NCBI RefSeq assembly: GCF_030684315.1 | Contig: NC_081355.1 | Coordinates: forward strand, 22,221,316-22,285,315 | Direction: 5' to 3' | Origin: Stegostoma tigrinum | Taxonomy: Eukaryota | DNA length: 64,000 bases | In this document: piece by piece, positions 51,301-57,300 of the stretch | Layout: every line of letters starts with the position of its first letter | Position numbering within the stretch: the stretch's first letter is position 1 | The notes under the pieces: model-generated | Databases searched by the model: none | Seen by the model: the letters and a program-made list of their open reading frames with translations, nothing else | Told to the model about the DNA's origin: nothing | Program-made: the position numbers and the translations under genes

Positions 51301-54300
51301 TGGGAATTAATAACACACAGGAATTGGGGTCATTCCACTTTGGATCATGCCAAGATTCAATTCAATGGCATTGAAGCCATCTTTTACATCACAGAAAAGA
51401 AAGCAAAGTTTTAGTTTTCCAAAGTCCTTGAGGAGAAAGGAGATATAACACACTGCTTGAGAGAAGCCAGTAAAACACCTGCTTATTCAAGAAGGATCTA
51501 GATATTCTCTTAATTATAGAGTTTATACTTGACAAATCTCATCCTAATGCTTAAGATCTCACGTTGCTAGAATAGTGACCTACTTCAAATGGACCCCAGC
51601 AAAGCCACTCAGCTATACACCACAAACTTCCAAGACGGATTACTGCTCTATTGTAAATTAGCTAAAACTACAAAAGGTGTTTCATTGCCCTGGAATGGAT
51701 AGGGATCAATTTATTCGTACTCCAACTGTTCCTCCTGATTCTTCCTAGATAGTTGGCAAGACACAATTGTACAACATGGATATGCAAAGTTACATCATTA
51801 ATGTTCCCTACTATGCACAAGTGTAGAATCCAATGTACAATTCCACTCCTTTATTGAAAGAATTAAGCAATTTTGCAAATTTTAACTCTTAAAAGTGTTA
51901 ACAAGTAAATCACTCACGAGTTTCAACTTGAAATGTACAATCTTGTGGTTTCGTAAGTTGTTAACCAAAACAGCAATTAACTCATCTATAATAATAAGGA
52001 AATGTGTTCACAGGGATGATAATTCATGCATTATGTTTAAAACTATGGCCACTCAGAGAAGATATAGGAATTCTTACCTTGCTTCGAACACATATCCCGG
52101 ACTACGCTGTTTTTCATGTGTGTCAAAGTATCAAAGCTTTTTGTGTAAAAAACTCGCTCATCAGCACCAGCAATGAGTTGTAATTCATTTTCGTTTGCAT
52201 CTCCCACACCAATGGCATAGACAAACACCTCTTGTTGCCTTAATTCTGCAGCAGGTCTTGCTACATCATCTGTTGACATTCCATCCGTGATGGTGATCAG
52301 AAAATGCTGCACTTTAGTTTGTCGGCTTTGTTCTGCTCTACTGATGAAATTCTTCATGTATTTTAATGCATAGCCTGTTCTAGTGCCCCCTCCAACTTGA
52401 GGAATTTGCTTAATGGCTTGCATTAATCTTGTTTTGCTGGTGTATTGAGTGATTTCCAATTCAGTTTGTGGACTATCCGCGTACTGTACCACACCAATAC
52501 GAACCTGGTTTGGTCCAATCGTGAAGAGCTTCACTACCTCTACCAGGAATCTTTTCAAATCTTGGAAGTTCTCAGGCGATATACTTCTTGATCCATCAAT
52601 TAAGAAGAAGATATCGGCTTCTTCAGTTTCAGAACAGCCTGAAAGAGAAAAAAGCATTGCTTCCGTTATTAACAAAATCACAGCTGGAATACACAGCAGA
52701 ATTTTTGTTGTGTATCTGAATATTATATCCTAATTATTGTTTGCTGAAGAATCCTCATCGTTAGAATTCCTTATTATTAATGCGGTTGTTAATGTTAATG
52801 CAAGATGTAATGCAATTAACAATATACAGTATAAACATATACCTGCAGGAGTACATAGAGCTTTATGATTCAAATTTTCAGACAGCATCTCACATATAAC
52901 AAGAAATACAGATGCTGGAGTCAGAGACAACAAAGTGTATGGCTGGAGGAACACAGCAGCCCAGACAGCTTCAGAAGAGCTCGCAAGTTGACATTTCAGG
53001 TTGGGACCCTCCTTCGGAAATGGGGAGGTGAAAAGGTGCTCAGAAATAGACAGCGGAGGGGTGGGGCTGGGGAAGGTAGGTGGGATGGTGATAGGGAGTG
53101 CAGGTTGGGAGTGGTGGGGATTGGTCAGTGAGGTGGGACGAGCAGATAGGTGGGAGAGAAGATGGGCAGGTTGTGTCAGGTCAAGGAGGTGGGGATGAGG
53201 GGAAGGGTTGGACACTGGGTGAGGCCAAGGGTGGGGTGATTTTAAAACTGGTGAATTCTATGTTTAGGCCATTGGGCTGCCGGCTCCTGAGGCGGAACCC
53301 GAAACGTCAACTGCTTCCCTGCTGCCTGGTCTGCTGTGTTCCTCTAGCTCCACACTGTGTTCTCATATAGTATGCTTGTTTTGCAAAGTTCCTGAAGTTT
53401 AAGAAAATTGAGAGATGCAATGATTTAAAAAAAAGCAATTTGCCAGAACATTAGGGGATAACTTTCAAACCAACTTTGATTAAGATATCAAAGGATAAGG
53501 GAGTCAGGAAAACAATGTTGAAACAGTCAACTATGATCTTAGTGAGTAGTGGAACAAGAATAAGAAGCCAATTGGTCTATTTCTATTTCCTTTGTTTGCA
53601 CTGGAGGACTAGTCCAAGCTCCACATCTAAAATGCCCCTCTGTATAGATGAAACATTATTTGGAGGAGTCAATTGATGGTTTTCAATTTCCAGCAGATAA
53701 AGGATCAATATCTGTAGCTTGGAGATGAATTTCCTGCCAACAGAGAATTCCTTCATACTTTGGGTAGACTCTTGTATCCGTCATGTCCTGTAATGTCATT
53801 ATATTGCCTACAACCACTAGCACTACAAATTGGGCCCAAGTTTTAACCACTAGCCATCTCTGTGCAGCCCATAATAGTGTTGCTGGTGAAACTCATTTAC
53901 TGACAGAGATAGTTAACTGCCTTCGTGTTTTTTTTAAGAATGAGAATGTGAATGTCACTGGAAAGTCCAGCATTTTTGGTCCAACCCTGGTTGCTTTTGT
54001 GAAGGCTGTAGTGAGCTACCTTGGTGGTGAGACAATCTAGTGTGGATGCAGAAGTCAAAAAACAGGCTCCAGATTTTTGGCCAGGATGACATTGGGCTTG
54101 AAGGGAATTTGCAGTGATGCTGTTTCCGTGAGTCTGTTACCCTTCCAAAAGGCAAAGGTGGTGGATTGGAAAGTACTGTTAAAGGAGGCTTGCTGTACAG
54201 TATTTTGTACATGGCTGCTATTCATCAGCGGTGGTGAAGAGTGTGACTATTTCTGTGGTGGAAATGGTCCCAAACAAGCAGGCTGCCTGCCTGGTACTGG

Positions 54301-57300
54301 ATGGTGTCAAGTTCTTGAAGTGTTATTGGAGTTGCATGTATCCAGGCAGATGGAGAATGTTGAATCACATTTCCAACTTGCATCAAGTAGATGATGGATA
54401 ATGTTTTGGCAGTTGAGTGCTACTTTCTACAGTACTGAAATGACACTATTTGTTCCAAAAGCTACAGTAGTTATGTGGCTGGCCATGTTCAGTTTTTACA
54501 TTTGGGGATTAAGCGAAAAAAGAAATCCCAAAGCTGTTTACCGTCTCAGTTGTTTTCTTGGAAATTGGTCATTATCGGGCATTTTATGGCATGAATGTAA
54601 CTTACTAAATATCAGATGTTGTTGTATTTGGACAAAGAGTGCTTCAATTTAATTTGTGCTAGGTATGACACAAGCTATCAGAGAATATTCTCCCTGATTT
54701 CCACTGACTTTAAGTTTGGTATTGCACGTTGAAATCACACTTGCTTAAAACCTGTCTTGATCACAAACAAAATCTCACCTCCCTCTTGAATTCAGCTCTT
54801 TTGTCCATGTTTGGATTTGCTTACAAGACCACAATGAGGTCAGGAGCCAAATAGTCTTGGCAAAATGCAGATTGAGTGTTAGTCAGCTTGTTATTTGGTG
54901 CAAGTGTTACTTGTTAGAACTGTAATAGTGAATGTCGATTGATGATATGGTAATTGGCTGAACTGAATTTGTCCTGCCTCTTTGGACTGAACATACCTGG
55001 GTATTTTTCCCCATTATTAAAAGCTGCCAATGTTACAGCTGTACTGGAACAACGTAGATAAAAGGGCAGACAGTTCTGGATGGAAATCTTCATTAATACT
55101 GACCTGGTTTTATTAGGGTCAGTAGTTTGCTATATTCAACACTTTCAACTGTTTCTTGATTTCAATAGGAATTCATTCAATTGACTGAAGATTGACATTT
55201 GTGATCTTGGGTATATCAAGCAGGAAGCTAAGATAGATCACCCACTCTGCACTTCTGGCTGAAACTGGTTTTAATCTTTTTTTCTCCAATGCCAAATCAC
55301 CCTGGACTGAAGATAATTTTTACACTGATGGGCTGGGTTCCTGCCTCATTGAGGATGGGGGATATTTGTGGTCTCGTCCTCTGTTTAGTTGCCTAATAGT
55401 CCACTACTATTCAGGAGTGGCTATGGCAAGAGAACAAATCATTAATTTGATATGTTGGTTGTTAATTATACTAAATGATGTGCAGGTGGTGATCATTAAC
55501 TGGGGACTCACTTGAGCTCCGCATTAGGGAACCCTTCTGCGGTATACTGGTGGTGTCCCTACCTCTGATCCAGGAGACCTGGGTTCAAGTCCCGCTTGGT
55601 CCAGAGGAGTGTAATAACATCTCTGAACCAGTTGATTCGAAACATAAGTTGAGGGCCACAGTGGGTTATAGTTGCAACAGTAGTGCCCCTACCTCTGAGT
55701 CAGGAAACCGAGGTTCAAGTCCCACCTGCTCCAAAATATGGTGTAACAACATCTCTGAACAGGTTGATTAACAACAAAATGAGCTTCACATGAATACACA
55801 GACTAAAGGTCTGGTTGGGATGCCTGTTGTGATATAGTGGTAGTATCTGTACCTCTGGGTAAGAAGGCCTGGGTTCAAGTAGCTGGTGTAATAATAAAGT
55901 CACTGCACTAGCAATTCAGAATCTCAGGTTAATGAGATTCAATGGCAGATGGTGAAATTTGAATTTGATGCAAATTCTGAATAAAATGTCAGTTTGAAGG
56001 CCACCACGTTTATTGACATTTAAAAAAAAACTAGTTTCTTTAATGTCCATTAGGAATGAACACTTGCCATGCTTATCTGGTCCGGCCTATGTGTGACCCC
56101 CAGACCCACAGCAACATGGTTGACTCTTAACTGCCTGCTGAAATAGTCTTGACAGCCAATTAGCTTAAAGGCAAGAAAGAATGGACAAGTTTTAGTGATT
56201 CCCACATCCCTCATACGAATAAAACAAACAATGCAAGAATTCAAAACATAGAACACAAAAACATCTCCAAATGATTTAGTGCAAGAAGATTCAAGTTCAA
56301 ATTGCAAAATTCAAACTGTGAATGAAGTCACCCTGGTTTTCCAGTCAGTATGAACAGAATTACATGCTGAAGAAAAATGTAAAGGTGAAAGATGTTGAGG
56401 CACCTTTTGTATCAGCCATGGTTCAACAGTAGTAGCAATAGTTTCAGAGTCAGAAGTTTATACATTAGAAACACAATTCCAGGACTTCGACAGCTCATTG
56501 AGGCTGACACTTCAATGTGATATGACACACAATTATATAGAATAGAGCGCTGGCTCCTGAGGGACCGCTGCTACTGGGAGATGTTGTCCTTCAGAGGAAA
56601 TGTTAAACCAAGGTTCCATCTCCCCTCTCAAATGGACTAAATATCTCATGATGTTACTTTCTAGCAGAATAGAGGATTTCTATGAGTTGCCTTAGCCCTC
56701 AACAAAAATGACCAAAACAGGTAACTTGGTTTCTGCTACACAGCTGTTTATGTTACTTTACTGTAAACAAATTTTATCTACTGGAAATTTCAGATGCAGA
56801 TCAGAACAATGTCTTCCCTGAGAAATGATAATGTTCCGATGTTAAAAGTGAAAGTGTGTTTCTTGCTTAACTCTATGTTTAGCTTAGTAAGGGTAATGGG
56901 ATTGACCATGTGAAAATTTGACTCGCTGCAGCCAGCAGGCTTGTAGATGAAAACAAAAATTTGGCAGATCACAGTGGGTCAGGCAGCAATCGCGCAGAGA
57001 AGTCAAGCTAATCTTTTGAGACTAGATGACACTTCATGATATCCGACATATTTTGTTTTCAGTCAAGATTCCAGCATCTGCAGTCATTTGTTCCTATTAG
57101 TTTTATAGAAGAGTTGGTCCATAAAACTCCCTGGGTGGCCTTCCCTCTTGCCCACTCCTGACCTTGGCAAATTTTTGGGCCATAGTCAAGGCCAAAGGCA
57201 AATCCCTCACCTTCCCGTAGTTGAAGATTGAGGAGCACAGTGACAAGGGCTAAAGCCTGACAGGTCACTCTGCTCTGGCTTCAGCCAGAATGGGGGATGT

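Noticed and set aside
55538-55780. Genuine tRNA genes
   Set aside because: A/B boxes are present, but I could not fold a clean cloverleaf, and the shared downstream body indicates a SINE.
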